Positions 1 through 11,864 of a stretch of DNA of 64,000 bases are shown piece after piece. Location: positions 189,891 to 253,890 of the forward strand of contig RDEW01000037.1 in the NCBI GenBank assembly GCA_011109175.1. Direction: 5' to 3'. The number at the start of each line of letters is the position of its first letter. Within the stretch, counting starts at the first letter, position 1. The notes beneath the pieces are model-generated. The model worked only from the letters and a program-made list of their open reading frames with translations. It was not told where the DNA came from and searched no databases. This DNA is from Dicyema japonicum (taxonomy: Eukaryota; Animalia; Dicyemida). Position numbers and translations under genes: made by a program.

Positions 1-560
1 AGTTTCCGTTCTCCTCACGAGTTCCTAGAATTGGTTTTAATGAAGAGGAGGATCTTTGTAGAGTTTTCGTTACTGTCTCTTGGAAGGAGTTTAATTTCTT
101 TAGGTTGATGTGGTATATGTTAGTACCCCATGCGGCGCAGCAGTAACTGATTAACGGAAGTATATATTGGCAGTAGAGATGATTTACTGTTGGATGGAAC
201 CATATCTTGTTTATCCAATTAGCGTTTTTACAAAGTTCAATTTTTGCTGATAAGAGGAGATTATGTTGCTCACATATTTGCTGAATGTCATTAGTGGGGC
301 ATAAGTGACCCCCAGTATTTTGGTTGAATTTTTGGAAGGGATTGTTATTCCATTTAGGGTCAATGGAGGCGTTGAGATAGTCAATCTTCTATTGGAAGTG
401 AATATAATAGAGCACGACTTTTCAGGACTTGTGTGTAGTTGGTTCCTCGTAAGCCAACAGTTCAGGTTATCCAGTGAATCTAGTAAGCGGATACCCACTG
501 TGTGGATGCATTGGTCTCTTGTTCCCAGTACTATCGTAAAATTATTTAATTTATTTAATA
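1..560 (-). mobile_element. Decayed Jockey/I-like non-LTR retrotransposon, RT C-terminal part
   Basis: ORF 211..669 contains LNGITIPSKNSTKILGVTYAPLMTFSKYVSNI, typical of the LINE RT thumb region. Stops and frameshifts follow; boundaries approximate. Confidence 0.7.
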
Positions 561-999
561 ACCCCGAAAAGGAACACCAAGAAAGAAGGAGTAAACCAAC
601 TAAATAAGTGATCCCGGTACACCTCAAAAGGATCGAGAGGTTTTTCTTATATTCCTTCTGAGTACTCACGAGTTTCCTGTACCGACGATGATCACCTTTT
701 ATTAGAATTTGAAGATGGGTGGGTTTTTTTCCAATTTACGTGTATTTGAGGCTTCTATTCTTGAATGGAAGAAACGATTTGTTTCGTGCCCACACAGACC
801 GATGAAACCGGAACCGTTGTTTTCGATTGAGGCGTGGTCAAGCATTGGGGGAAAAGATCGGCAGATAGATTCGTTAGACGTACCAATTTGACTGTTAGGG
901 CCAAATTATCGTAAAATTAATAATAAAAGAAAATCAATTTTTGTTTATAACGAGTAAATTAACTAATTAAGCTGATTTTGATCCAGATTGTTGGTAATC

Positions 1000-1685
1000 C
1001 CTCTTCTCTTAAAGAAGAGTGTGCCGTAAACTCCCTGTTACTCCCCATCTCCACATCAGAAATATCTCCGTTCGAGTCCATGGGCTGTCCCCACGGCATG
1101 CCAGTTCCACAAGTTGGGAGGTAGCAGAGGCGTACTCTTCATCGTATACCATCATCCCATGCTTATGTTCAATGTGCATACTTTCTATCGTTTTCTTCAG
1201 AGAAATCGATTGAATGTAAGTCCTCGTTGATTCTTCAATAGATAATTCATCCATATGATTCTTGAAGCATTATGAGACAACTCCATCCCATATCAAAACT
1301 ACTGGAAAAATCTTCACTTGACATTCATAGAGCAGCGAAAGTTCATTTGCAAGCAAGTCGTATTTGTGAAGTTTCTCAACTTGCTTTAGTCGGTCTTGTG
1401 AGGTAATCCCCACTTCAATTAAGGTTATTTTCTTCTTTGTTTTGTCATGCACAAAAATATCAGGTTTATTGTATTAGACTTTTGGTTTAGTCATAATCGA
1501 CGTGCCAACTCTGATTTCGACATTTTGATTCGTCAATATCGACTGAACCGAATGTCCTTTCAATTTTCTGCTTTTTTTGATTCCATAGATTCGTCAAATA
1601 TGAATGCACTTTAATACTTCACTATGTATTCGGAGATTATCACTATTTAGCATTTTACCACACTGAGTGGCCAAATTATCAACAG
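1000..1685 (-). mobile_element. R4/Dong-like RLE-type non-LTR retrotransposon, 3' part (Zn knuckle, restriction-like endonuclease, C-terminus)
   Basis: Translated pieces VDNLATQC..HSEVLKCIH, PDIFVHDK..ITLIEVGITSQD..KYDLLANEL and TYIQSISLKKTIES. Same family as 20410-23390 and 47495-47850. Runs into the gap. Confidence 0.75.
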
Positions 1686-1884
1686 NNNNNNNNNNNNNNN
1701 NNNNNNNNNNNNNNNNNNNNNNNNNNNNNNNNNNNNNNNNNNNNNNNNNNNNNNNNNNNNNNNNNNNNNNNNNNNNNNNNNNNNNNNNNNNNNNNNNNNN
1801 NNNNNNNNNNNNNNNNNNNNNNNNNNNNNNNNNNNNNNNNNNNNNNNNNNNNNNNNNNNNNNNNNNNNNNNNNNNNNNNNNNNN
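1686..1884. other. Assembly gap (N run)
   Basis: Run of N. Confidence 1.
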
Positions 1885-2124
1885 TGGCGCTCTTTTGACA
1901 CATGGATCTAACGAGGCCAAGGCAATGAGGGTAATGCCAAATTTCAATTGTGGGCGGAAGCCTTAGAGAGTTTAACGCAGTCAAAATGAAAAAACTTTTG
2001 CAGAGGAGAGACTCGATTTTTGGGTATTGATAAGATCGAATAGGAACAAATATGATCTCTTAGACTCGATTTTAGTCATTTATCTTTCTTTCTTGGTGGA
2101 GATTAAGCACAAAGTCAAAATTAC

Positions 2125-2440
2125 TATTATTATTAGCATTTTCACTAGACCATAATATTTACAGCTTCGCATGTGCAGCAAAAAATATAAGAGAAAGAGT
2201 TAGCTTGCTAAAAGCTCTTCTGTTCTTAGCCAGATCCTTTAGTGTGTCCAGGTCGTCACCAGATGCCAATGTTTTCTTCACGGCTTTTAGATCGTTTTGT
2301 ATAACGGAGGGTTGTTCTCGGTTTTCCACGAAAGAGTTTTACATTGGAGGAGTAGTAATCTTCCATTGCGAAATTCGAGGGGATATCGGGTCCAACCTCA
2401 GGACGTGTCCAAAAAGTCTAATGATCTCGAGACAAATTCT
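2125..2440 (-). mobile_element. RTE-clade LINE 3' end with (TAA)n tail
   Basis: Near-identical to 11865-12160 and 28440-28500 (gaggggatatcgggtccaacctcaggacgtgtccaaaaa, encoding FFGHVLRLDPISP). tattattattag at the 3' end. Confidence 0.75.
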
Positions 2441-2959
2441 GAATTTAAAAATTAATTTTTTTATTTTTGCGTTATGTCGTACGATTTTGTGATAAAATTT
2501 GATAATCAATTTTTATTTGATTAAATGAAATTAGTTTTAACAAATTTTTAAAAATCAAGAAATTTGCAGTCACCAGAATAGTTTGAGAGTCTTTGAGACC
2601 AATATTTTGAAAGAGGCACTGATTCCTTCTTTCAGTGTATTTCAGAATAACTTATTCAATAATGCTTTAATTTGTAAAATTCAATAATCCAATCAATAAT
2701 CCATTAATTATATCAATTTATTGGACTGTGGTTTTAACTCCAGTTTGTCTAACACGTGATCATGAATAAATTATCATGCCCAGTATGTCTAATCAATGTC
2801 ATTCATTATGTCAAGCGTGAGATATCGTTCTTTTTATATAAAGTTTGGTTTTTTAATTTTAAATATTGATTTTTAATCAAAATTTTAAGGTTAATTTAGC
2901 AACAATCATAAAATGCTGATATATAATTATTCAGATTTTATAATGACGTAAAATATCAA

Positions 2960-5132
2960 ATGCAAGAAGGTAAATTGTGTTTGATGATTAAGCGTATTTT
3001 GAAGAAGTCCATTATATTAGTTGGAATCAGTACACAGTTCCAATAAAACACGGAGAATTCAGTAGATTGCCACTGGTTGTGAAAAAGTTCATTATGGATC
3101 ATGTTTTGCTCGATTGTGAATCTAATAGGTGGAAATATTCAAACCAAGGGCTATCTACATTTGTGATGGATCCATTAGGGAGGAAAAGGAAATCATAAAT
3201 AGACTTTTAAATCGTCGAATCATTACTAAAATGAAGCCTAAAAACTGGTGCAATTTATAGTTAATTTAGCTATTTGGCAAGGACTGATCCTGCTGATGTG
3301 GCTAGAGTTGAGGCTAAAACATTTATTGTCACCCCTGATAAATATGAGAGTGTTTCCCACTCGAGAGAAAATTCTAAGACAAAAATTGGACAGTGGATGT
3401 CCCCCGAACAGGCTGATAAGGAGTATGACAGCAGATGGCCAGGGTGTATGGTAGGTTAGATGTTCCTCTTACATTTTTACAAGGTCGTTTGATGTATGTG
3501 ATTCCATTTCTGATGGGTCCCATGGGAAGTCGATTTAGTAAAGTTGGAATACAGATCACAGACTCTGGATATGTGGTACTGAGCATGCACAAAATGACAC
3601 GCGTTGACAATCAAATTTGGGATATGGTGGAGGAGGACAACTTTGTAAAGTGCATTCACTCCACTGGTTGTCCCAGAACAAATGAAGCGAGTATTCTATA
3701 TTAAGTATTTCAGCATATTCAAAATATCCTTGGACTTGTAACCCAGGAAAAGTGCTTATTCTTCATTTTCCTCATGAATATAAAATTATGTCATTTGGGA
3801 GTGGATATGGAGGAAATTCACTTCTTGGAAAAAAGTGTTTCGCTCTAAGAATTGGGAGTTATATTGCCAAGAAGGAGGGATGGTTAGCAGAACACATGCT
3901 TGTTTGACTAACAATTAAATTGTAGATTTTGGGGATCACAAACCAAGACGGAAATGAGAAATTCATTGCTGCAGCTTTCCCTAGTGCCTGTGGGAAGACA
4001 AACATGGCAATGATGGAGTCAATTTTACCTGGAATGAAAATCCGTTGTATTGGTAATATGTGTTGACATTGTTTAGGGGACGACATTGCGTGGATGCGAT
4101 TCGATGAAACTGGACAACTTTATGCTATAAATCCTGAAAGTGGATTTTTTGGAGTAGCTCCTGGGACAAATTGGAAGACAAATAAATATGCGATGGAGAC
4201 GATAAAGGAGAATTCTATATTTACCAACGTGGCATTAACCAAAGACGGAATGCCTTATTGGGAGGGTCTTACAATAAATGACGTTTTATCACCTCCATAT
4301 TTGATAGGATGAAGTAATAACTGACTGGAAAGGAGAAAAGTGGTCTAAAAATACTTCTTCCACTCCAGCTGCTCATCCAAACTCCAGATTTACAGCACCT
4401 GCTAGTCAGTGTCCAGTCATTCACCCACGGTGGGAGGATCCGGAAGGAGTTCCTATAAGTGCTATTATTTTTGGAGGTCGTCGACCGAAAGGTAAGCGAG
4501 TTTTTATTACATAGGTATTCCTCTCGTTTATGAGGCCAACAGTTGGACTCATGGAGTCTTTGTTGGTTGCCAACTTAAATCCGAGACTACTTCGGCTGCA
4601 GAATTTAAGGGTTATATATGAACATACATTTATAGGCAAATCGATAATGCATGATCCAATGGCTATGAGACCATTTATGGGGTACAACTTTGGGGATTAC
4701 ATCAAACACTGGCTTAGTTTGGATAATGGGTTCAATAAGGTAGGAATATTACATTATAAAGATTCCTAAAATATATCACGTTAATTGGTTCAGGGTTGAT
4801 GAAAATAATAAATTTCTATGGCCTGGATTTTCTAATAACGCACGTGTATTGAAATGGATTTTGGACAGATTGGACGGAAAGGACATAGGAATGCCGAGTC
4901 CATTGGGATTGATGCCTATTAAGGGTTTATGATATAAATTAGTAAAGGAAGCATTGACACACTGGGACTGGATGTTGATTGGGATAAATTGATGCAACTT
5001 GATAAGGATGTCTTGCTTGATGACATTAATGAAACTATTGAATTCTTTGATCAAGTTCTTGGATGCGATCTTCCAGAATCCATTAAGAAAGAGGCTGAAG
5101 ATCAAAAATCAAGGATAATGTCAATGAATTAG
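2960..5132 (+). CDS. PCK: Phosphoenolpyruvate carboxykinase (GTP), 13 exons
   Basis: Removing 12 GT-AG introns (2970-2992, 3103-3128, 3248-3269, 3455-3483, 3691-3713, 3902-3925, 4053-4076, 4283-4307, 4492-4514, 4611-4635, 4740-4761, 4925-4947) gives one open frame with [85 protein letters not shown] and VNWFR. Start ATG at 2960 is the best candidate but unproven. Confidence 0.97.
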
Positions 5133-5539
5133 ACATTACTAATACTTAATTACATTTTCTCTATTCAAATATAATTACACAAAATATCAGTTCCAGAGTT
5201 TTATTCAACTATTGATCCTTCACATTTTGAATACAAAATAGAATAGGGAAAATTTTATGGCAACTAAAATTTCTAAAAATGGCATCTAAAAACGAATAAT
5301 AAAACCATCGTAAAATTTATAAATCGGCCAAATAATTTTTTATTTATTGTCGTATGTCATAAGAACCCGGGCCGTTGATACGGCTTGATAAGACAAATTT
5401 ATCACTTGAAAACATTAACAACCACTAGGTATTGTCTCTAGAGAAACAAAATAGAGAGAAGTTAAATCCCCAAGGAAAAGAACCGAGATATAAGGTTACT
5501 TTATAGCTAATTCCGGAAAATATTTAGGTAATGTCATTA

Positions 5540-6200
5540 TTATTAAAAGTGAGTTTAGAAAGCTCTTATACATTCAAAGACGCCGACAAGTACCCAGTGA
5601 CCAATTGGCCCAGGGCCCTGTTGATGATGGTGTATCGGTTTTTAAATTTAATTATCCGTTTTTTGACCCTCATTTTTCTCATTTTTTTCACTGAAAAAAA
5701 CCGCATGGTTTCTCATAGGGGAAGTCCTTGATCTGCTTCCTAACCCTTAAAAGTTTATCTATTTAGAACCTCTCGATCAGAAAGAAAGAAAAACAGGAAA
5801 ATGTAGAACAGTTAGGTGATCACAGTTCCCACAATCAGTTCTCACTACCGTACGAAAGAGCCTTCTCTTATTCCTACAGAGGAATCTGATTGGAGAAAAG
5901 AACTTTTTAGCCTTCGCTGGAGAAGATTTACTTTTGCCTCGGAAATTGACAAATGAAGCGGATTTTCATCTTCCTCACAAACGAGAAAGAATCAGGATTC
6001 GCGACTAAAAGTCTTATCTCCCGTGAGTAGGGTGTTGATCCAAATGAGGGCCTAACATGTGAATAGTTTTCTTGTATATTGAATTGAGTTTTTGGAGAGT
6101 AGTCTCTGATAAAGTGAATCTCTCGCAACAGAGGCATACTCTACAGGCACGATGGTTTGCCGGTAGATTGTTGCAACAGAAACATCCAAATTCAAAGGGA
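5540..6200 (-). mobile_element. Decayed LINE remnants (3' UTR, C-terminus and a Zn-knuckle scrap)
   Basis: (TAA)n-like tail near 5540, similarity to other LINE C-terminal remnants (17190-17420, 61260-61450) and a CFCCNNLPANHRACRVC knuckle. Confidence 0.4.
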
Positions 6201-6805
6201 TACTCTTGACAAGTGCACATACAATTTTCAACTTCTGGAAGCCTTTGGTGAAGACTTCTCCACACCACGCGGTACTGATTATTGTCCCCTTTCGACTTCT
6301 TATTAATCAACATTGTGAGCTGCCTAAAGTATCTCTGAACAGCTCCTCTATGGACTGGAAGGATGGTATTACACTACTTACTGGTGGCCTTGCCACGATT
6401 TATGAACAATTTATCCGACCAACGATGACGTATGCAAGTCCTTCATAGGCAATGAAGATTTCACGATCCTTCTCATTGAAACTATCCGCAATCGAAGAGA
6501 CTGCAATAAAGTTAATTGGAGCAGAACACAAAATCCAGCCCATTGAAAATTTCTTAATCGAATTACAACGGAAACTCTTAAAAAAGTCTATTTTACCGAG
6601 CTGTCCTCTATTCCATACACTATCGAAATATCTACAATCATACAGAAATTTTGACCCAATGCCATGCCCAATGAGAAGAGCTGTTCAGGATTCTCGACCC
6701 CGCTGGACTCGTCCTCTCCTTTGTCGGTCTGAGGTCACTTAGTTTGATGAGAACTTTTATTTCTTTCTCGTTGACCCAGTGATCCTGGAAATAATAATAA
6801 TAATT
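6200..6805 (+). mobile_element. Jockey/I-like LINE 3' end with (TAA)n tail
   Basis: YEQFIRPTMTYAS motif. The 3' UTR 6686-6805 matches 44624-44745 (ggattctcgac..ggactcgtcctctc..gacccagtgatcctggaa) and ends in aataataataat. Confidence 0.7.
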
Positions 6806-6998
6806 GTTAAAGTTAAAGACTTCTTATTAATAAAAGACTAAAAAACATAATAAATAAATAAAAAAACGTTAATTAATAATGAAATATTAATATTTTTAAT
6901 TAATATCTCAAATTAGAATTATAATAAATAAATATAAAGCGTGTCGTTGTTTTATAAACTTGCGTAAAATATTTATCTAATGTATAATAAGTCATCAA

Positions 6999-8343
6999 AT
7001 GGAACGTCAAAACAACCACAGGCATCACTCCGAGTCTTCACAGTCCTCATCCTTCACCTCTTCAACGTCTTCGTCGAATAGCGGGAGTAAAGTGAGGAAA
7101 GACGATGATGGGCATCTGCTCTACTGTGAAGGAGACATAATAAGCAACTGTGAGTTCAGAATTGAAAAGAATCCCTACAGATAAAATTGTCGGCCTTTTG
7201 GGGGAGGGTACCTTCGGAAAGGTCCTGGATTGTCGGGACCTGAACGAGTAATCTATAAACTTACCATTTAAGCGATGGACGTCATGTCGCCGTCAAAGTC
7301 GTCCGTTCCGTCGAAAAATACACTTCCGCTGCAAAGATAGAGATTGAAATCCTCAAGTACATCAGACGGAAAGATCCTAACTCGAAAAGGTCAGTTTCTT
7401 TATAATCTGACTTTATGTAGTCACTGTGTGGAGATCCTTGATTCATTCAAAGTTCTCAATCATCTGTGTATCGCGTTTCCTGTCTATGGATTGAGCGTTT
7501 TCGAGTTTATGGTAATCAGTTTTTCTATGTGTAGAAAAAAAACAACTACTTCCCGTACCCTATGCTCCAGGTTCAAGCGATATCCTACCAGCTTTGTGAA
7601 GCCGTGGCCTGTAGTTAAGTTCATGACCTAAAGTCCTTCACTCACGTGGGATGACCCACACGGATCTGAAACCTGAGAATTTGCTTTTCGTAGATTCTTC
7701 GTATGAAACGGTTTTTCGAGGAACAGAAAAACCATCAATTCGCGTTTTGAAATGTGCCGTGAAGCTGATTGACTTTGGTTCCGCTGTCTTTGAGAACGAC
7801 CATCACTCCAGGGTGGTCTGCACTCGGCATTACAGACCTCTGGAAGTTGTCCTAGGTTCTCGAAAGTGCTTACGGTAGAACTTCCATGGGACAATCTATG
7901 TGACGTGTGGAGTGTAGGTTGTATCATGTTTGAATTGTACACTGGACATACTTTGTTCCAGACCCACAGCAATCTTGAGCATTTGGCTATGATGGACAGA
8001 ATACTGGGACCTCTTCCTTACAGGCTTATTCGGAAGACAAAGTATTAGTGATGACTTAGTTGTAGGAAAACACAATATTTTTATCACGGAGAACTTGATT
8101 GGGATAGATATTCTGAGAGAGGGAGATATGTCAGGAATAACTGCTTTCCCCTTTTTGTATTAATTATGTTTAGTTTAGTCATACATTCACTCAAAGTCTC
8201 AAATACATGGAGATTTATTTGATTTGATTGACAGAATGCTAGACTACTACGTACACCATAGAATCACTATTTTCTCAGCTATGCGTCACTGTTTTTTTGA
8301 TGATATTGATAGAATACTCAGAATAACTAATTCTATTAGATGA
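6999..8343 (+). CDS. CLK: CLK/LAMMER dual-specificity kinase, 9 exons
   Basis: Eight introns (7150-7180, 7248-7272, 7390-7420, 7512-7534, 7611-7633, 7856-7878, 8042-8065, 8157-8178) give [58 protein letters not shown] and LDWD. Stop TGA at 8341-8343. Confidence 0.95.
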
Positions 8344-8366
8344 TTTTGTATTATTGTGTAAAAGAG

Positions 8367-9773
8367 TCATTTTTTATTTAAAAGTCTTCTTTTTAGTTCT
8401 TTTCTAAGTAAGTCACGTTCCTGTTCTGTTCCGTTTAGAATAGACGAGTTTTCCGAAGCCCTTCTTGATAGGTATGGAAGGACGTCCATTAGATTACCAT
8501 AGGGGACACTCTTGTAGACGTTGTATCCGGTAATCCCCATTAGGAATGTTATATTGTCTGATAACCCATAGAGCTGTCCGAATGACACGTTTTTGTTAGT
8601 TGGTTCTATTTCTAGCTCCTCCATAAAGTCTATTACTTTGAGGATTGATTTTTCATTGTGAGTGGCGGCTATTACACTATACTTGTCAGTTTTTTTTGAT
8701 ATTCTAGTCAAAATATGGTGGATTGCCTTATCGTATATTTCTGATGTCCTTTCAAATGATTCATTTATTGGACTTTCCTTGTTATTTTTCTTAGCTGTCC
8801 TGTTTTCAGAATCCATGTAGGCTCCACGCACAATCTTTGAACCCCAGCACCGTCCGAACGAATCTAAGATCTTCATTTCTTCAAGAATAGAGTCAAATGC
8901 AGTCTTCAGATAACATTGGTGAGTATTCCATACCATTGGTTTTAGTATATTGTGCTTAATCATAAGGGCAACTGCAAATAGTTGTATTCCTCTGTTGATG
9001 ATCATGTATTCTGCATCCACCAGCAATCTCACTCCTTCGTTGATGGCATTATCTCCAAATTGTCTAAGACAGCCGACTGCATTGGTCAGAAAAAGTTGTT
9101 CACTTGGACTTAGAGTACTGAAAATAGTCTGTTCTATGCTTATATTGTCCTCTGACATTAATTTTGACAACTCAATTGCATACATGTTAAAGTTCTCCAA
9201 TGTACCCGTCCTTGTACCAAACTCTGCTAGTAAAGACTGTGGAGCAAACGCAGTCATTTTGAAATGAATCATTGGAACCACGTGAACACACAATTGACGA
9301 GCAATTTTGACACAATTTAAAGAATTTGCAAGATTTGTGAGTAATTTGTTGTGATATTTCCCATTTGTCATGTTGGCCAAATCTTCTTCAGAGGCTAGCA
9401 TTAATAGGATGCTGATTCCTGATTGGTTCAGTCTGAGAGATACTTTAGCAAGCTCTTCGTTGGTCTCTCCTCCAGCAAATTGTCCATATATCGTCGACTT
9501 GATCAAATACTTGAAGATTCGTTCTCCCAGAATAAATTTCCCAGCTTTCATGAGGAAAATGGCGTTCAATGAAATGAACCGAAATGAGCAAAGGTAAAGG
9601 ACCGAAAATGATCTAATAATTTCAACGTTGGACTTCATTTGTAGGGATTTTTCAATATCAGAAAAATTGGGCTTCACGAATTTTAAATCAACTTTTTTTA
9701 ATTTTTTCTGATATTCGACGACATTTTGGCTTCTTTTCCAAGGAATCAACGCATTTTCTTTAACAGAAGTCAC
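8367..9773 (-). CDS. PRODH2: Mitochondrial proline/hydroxyproline dehydrogenase (PRODH2-like), single uninterrupted ORF
   Basis: 468-aa ORF with YGQFAGGET, LLVDAEY, WNTHQCYL, KIVRGAYM, ATHNE, FGQLYG and YKSVPYG..PYLSRRASEN. The PRODH family call is firm; the PRODH2 subtype is inferred. Confidence 0.93.
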   Translation of the reverse strand: MTSVKENALIPWKRSQNVVEYQKKLKKVDLKFVKPNFSDIEKSLQMKSNVEIIRSFSVLYLCSFRFISLNAIFLMKAGKFILGERIFKYLIKSTIYGQFAGGETNEELAKVSLRLNQSGISILLMLASEEDLANMTNGKYHNKLLTNLANSLNCVKIARQLCVHVVPMIHFKMTAFAPQSLLAEFGTRTGTLENFNMYAIELSKLMSEDNISIEQTIFSTLSPSEQLFLTNAVGCLRQFGDNAINEGVRLLVDAEYMIINRGIQLFAVALMIKHNILKPMVWNTHQCYLKTAFDSILEEMKILDSFGRCWGSKIVRGAYMDSENRTAKKNNKESPINESFERTSEIYDKAIHHILTRISKKTDKYSVIAATHNEKSILKVIDFMEELEIEPTNKNVSFGQLYGLSDNITFLMGITGYNVYKSVPYGNLMDVLPYLSRRASENSSILNGTEQERDLLRKELKRRLLNKK

Positions 9774-10029
9774 AAAAGGCTTAAAAAACGTACCAGAAAA
9801 CTAAATTCTAACAAAATTAACTACTTTCATCAAAACAAATAAAAATTGGCTATTCTTTCGATTTTATACGTATATAGAGACGTCATGATAAAACAATAAT
9901 ATTTAAAGTATACTTAATTATCCTCATGATTTATTATTTTAGTAACATTTAAAAGTAATTTTCATCCCCATGAATTAGATTCACAACGACTTTCAATTAC
10001 TATTAATATTACTTTAATCACAACACTTT

Positions 10030-11117
10030 ATTCATCCAAACATGCGATTCGTGACGTTAAAACTCTCTCGAGTTGATAAAAATGTTGAAAGGAAAAAAGG
10101 AGAAGGGTCACTTGCGTTACCAGATGGTATGAATATAATTCTTGCCATATCCGAGAGCGTTGTGGCAGCTGACCCAAAAGAATGGACGAGACAGGTAGTC
10201 CTGCAGGTACGTAGCAGGCTATCCCGAATGCCCTGAAATGGTTGGCCATACTTGGCGGAGCTCTGCAATGGCAGATTCAGTACTGCTATATCTGTGAGTG
10301 AACTCAAGAAAATGGCTATAGACAAAGAGGGTACTGGTCTAAGATGATCACAACTGTCAAAAAAATCACGAGCACCAGAGCTGTGATATGTTGCAGCTCA
10401 AGCATGTTTATGAGGGATTCGCGCGGAATCTCGCTGCAGCGGCAGAAGTCCCACTTGAGGACCGTAGATTTATCCGCAAGATCCCTCATTGTAAGGTTAA
10501 CGGAGTAGTGTTAACCTGTATCAATAAGGCTGTGGCTTATGCGGTAGAGGCTATGCCAGTAGGGTCACTGGGTGACATTTCCCTAGTGATGTGATCCCTC
10601 ATTGTAAGGTTAACGGAGTAGTGATAACCTGTATCAATAAGGCTGTGGCTTATGCGGTAGAGGCTATGCCAGTAGGGTCACTGGGTGACATTTCCCTAGT
10701 GATGTATGCAGCACAGATCACCTATGGGATTCCTGATTGGGCCTGCACCGGGACAACTTATTTGATTCCAAAGCTGGACAACCCCCAGTATGCTGCAGAT
10801 TATCGACCGATAACCTGGATGCCAACCCTGTATAAGCTGATGACCAAATTGGTGGCTAATGAGGTCAGGAATTTTGTAGAAGCAAATGAGATTTTCTCCG
10901 AGAATCAGTTGGTTACTGTGCAAAATTGTCAAGGGGCAAAAGAGCAAGCTTTAATCAACAAGTGCCTTTCTGTGTCTCACGGAAACTCACTTTTGTCTAT
11001 GTGGGTGGATGTGAAGAAGGCTTACGATTCAGTTGATCATTTTTACCTTGTCGAGTGCCTACACAGTCTGCGTATGCCTGTGTGGTTCAACAGTTTTGTA
11101 GTGGCTGTGATGAATAG
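10030..11117 (+). mobile_element. R4/Dong-like non-LTR retrotransposon, RT N-terminal part
   Basis: GTTYLIPK..ADYRPIT..YKLMTK..GAKEQ..VDVKKAYDSVDH. Carries a 113-bp internal duplication and ends at a gap. Confidence 0.85.
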
Positions 11118-11708
11118 NNNNNNNNNNNNNNNNNNNNNNNNNNNNNNNNNNNNNNNNNNNNNNNNNNNNNNNNNNNNNNNNNNNNNNNNNNNNNNNNNNN
11201 NNNNNNNNNNNNNNNNNNNNNNNNNNNNNNNNNNNNNNNNNNNNNNNNNNNNNNNNNNNNNNNNNNNNNNNNNNNNNNNNNNNNNNNNNNNNNNNNNNNN
11301 NNNNNNNNNNNNNNNNNNNNNNNNNNNNNNNNNNNNNNNNNNNNNNNNNNNNNNNNNNNNNNNNNNNNNNNNNNNNNNNNNNNNNNNNNNNNNNNNNNNN
11401 NNNNNNNNNNNNNNNNNNNNNNNNNNNNNNNNNNNNNNNNNNNNNNNNNNNNNNNNNNNNNNNNNNNNNNNNNNNNNNNNNNNNNNNNNNNNNNNNNNNN
11501 NNNNNNNNNNNNNNNNNNNNNNNNNNNNNNNNNNNNNNNNNNNNNNNNNNNNNNNNNNNNNNNNNNNNNNNNNNNNNNNNNNNNNNNNNNNNNNNNNNNN
11601 NNNNNNNNNNNNNNNNNNNNNNNNNNNNNNNNNNNNNNNNNNNNNNNNNNNNNNNNNNNNNNNNNNNNNNNNNNNNNNNNNNNNNNNNNNNNNNNNNNNN
11701 NNNNNNNN
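11118..11708. other. Assembly gap (N run)
   Basis: Run of N. Confidence 1.
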
Positions 11709-11864
11709 TTTTCCAACACTTTGGACACTGTAGAAGCAGGGTCATCTTTTGGCTTTCCTGTTTTTAAAATAAGCGAATCATGAAATTCAGATATTTTGGA
11801 GAACATGAGTGTTGATAAAATAATTGTAAAACTCCGTTAATGCAGCTTTAGCTCGCGGTACGAG

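Noticed and set aside
790-815. QTDETGT peptide similarity to 53943-53965 in the SPATA1-like gene
   Set aside because: Too short, and the flanks do not align. Treated as coincidence.
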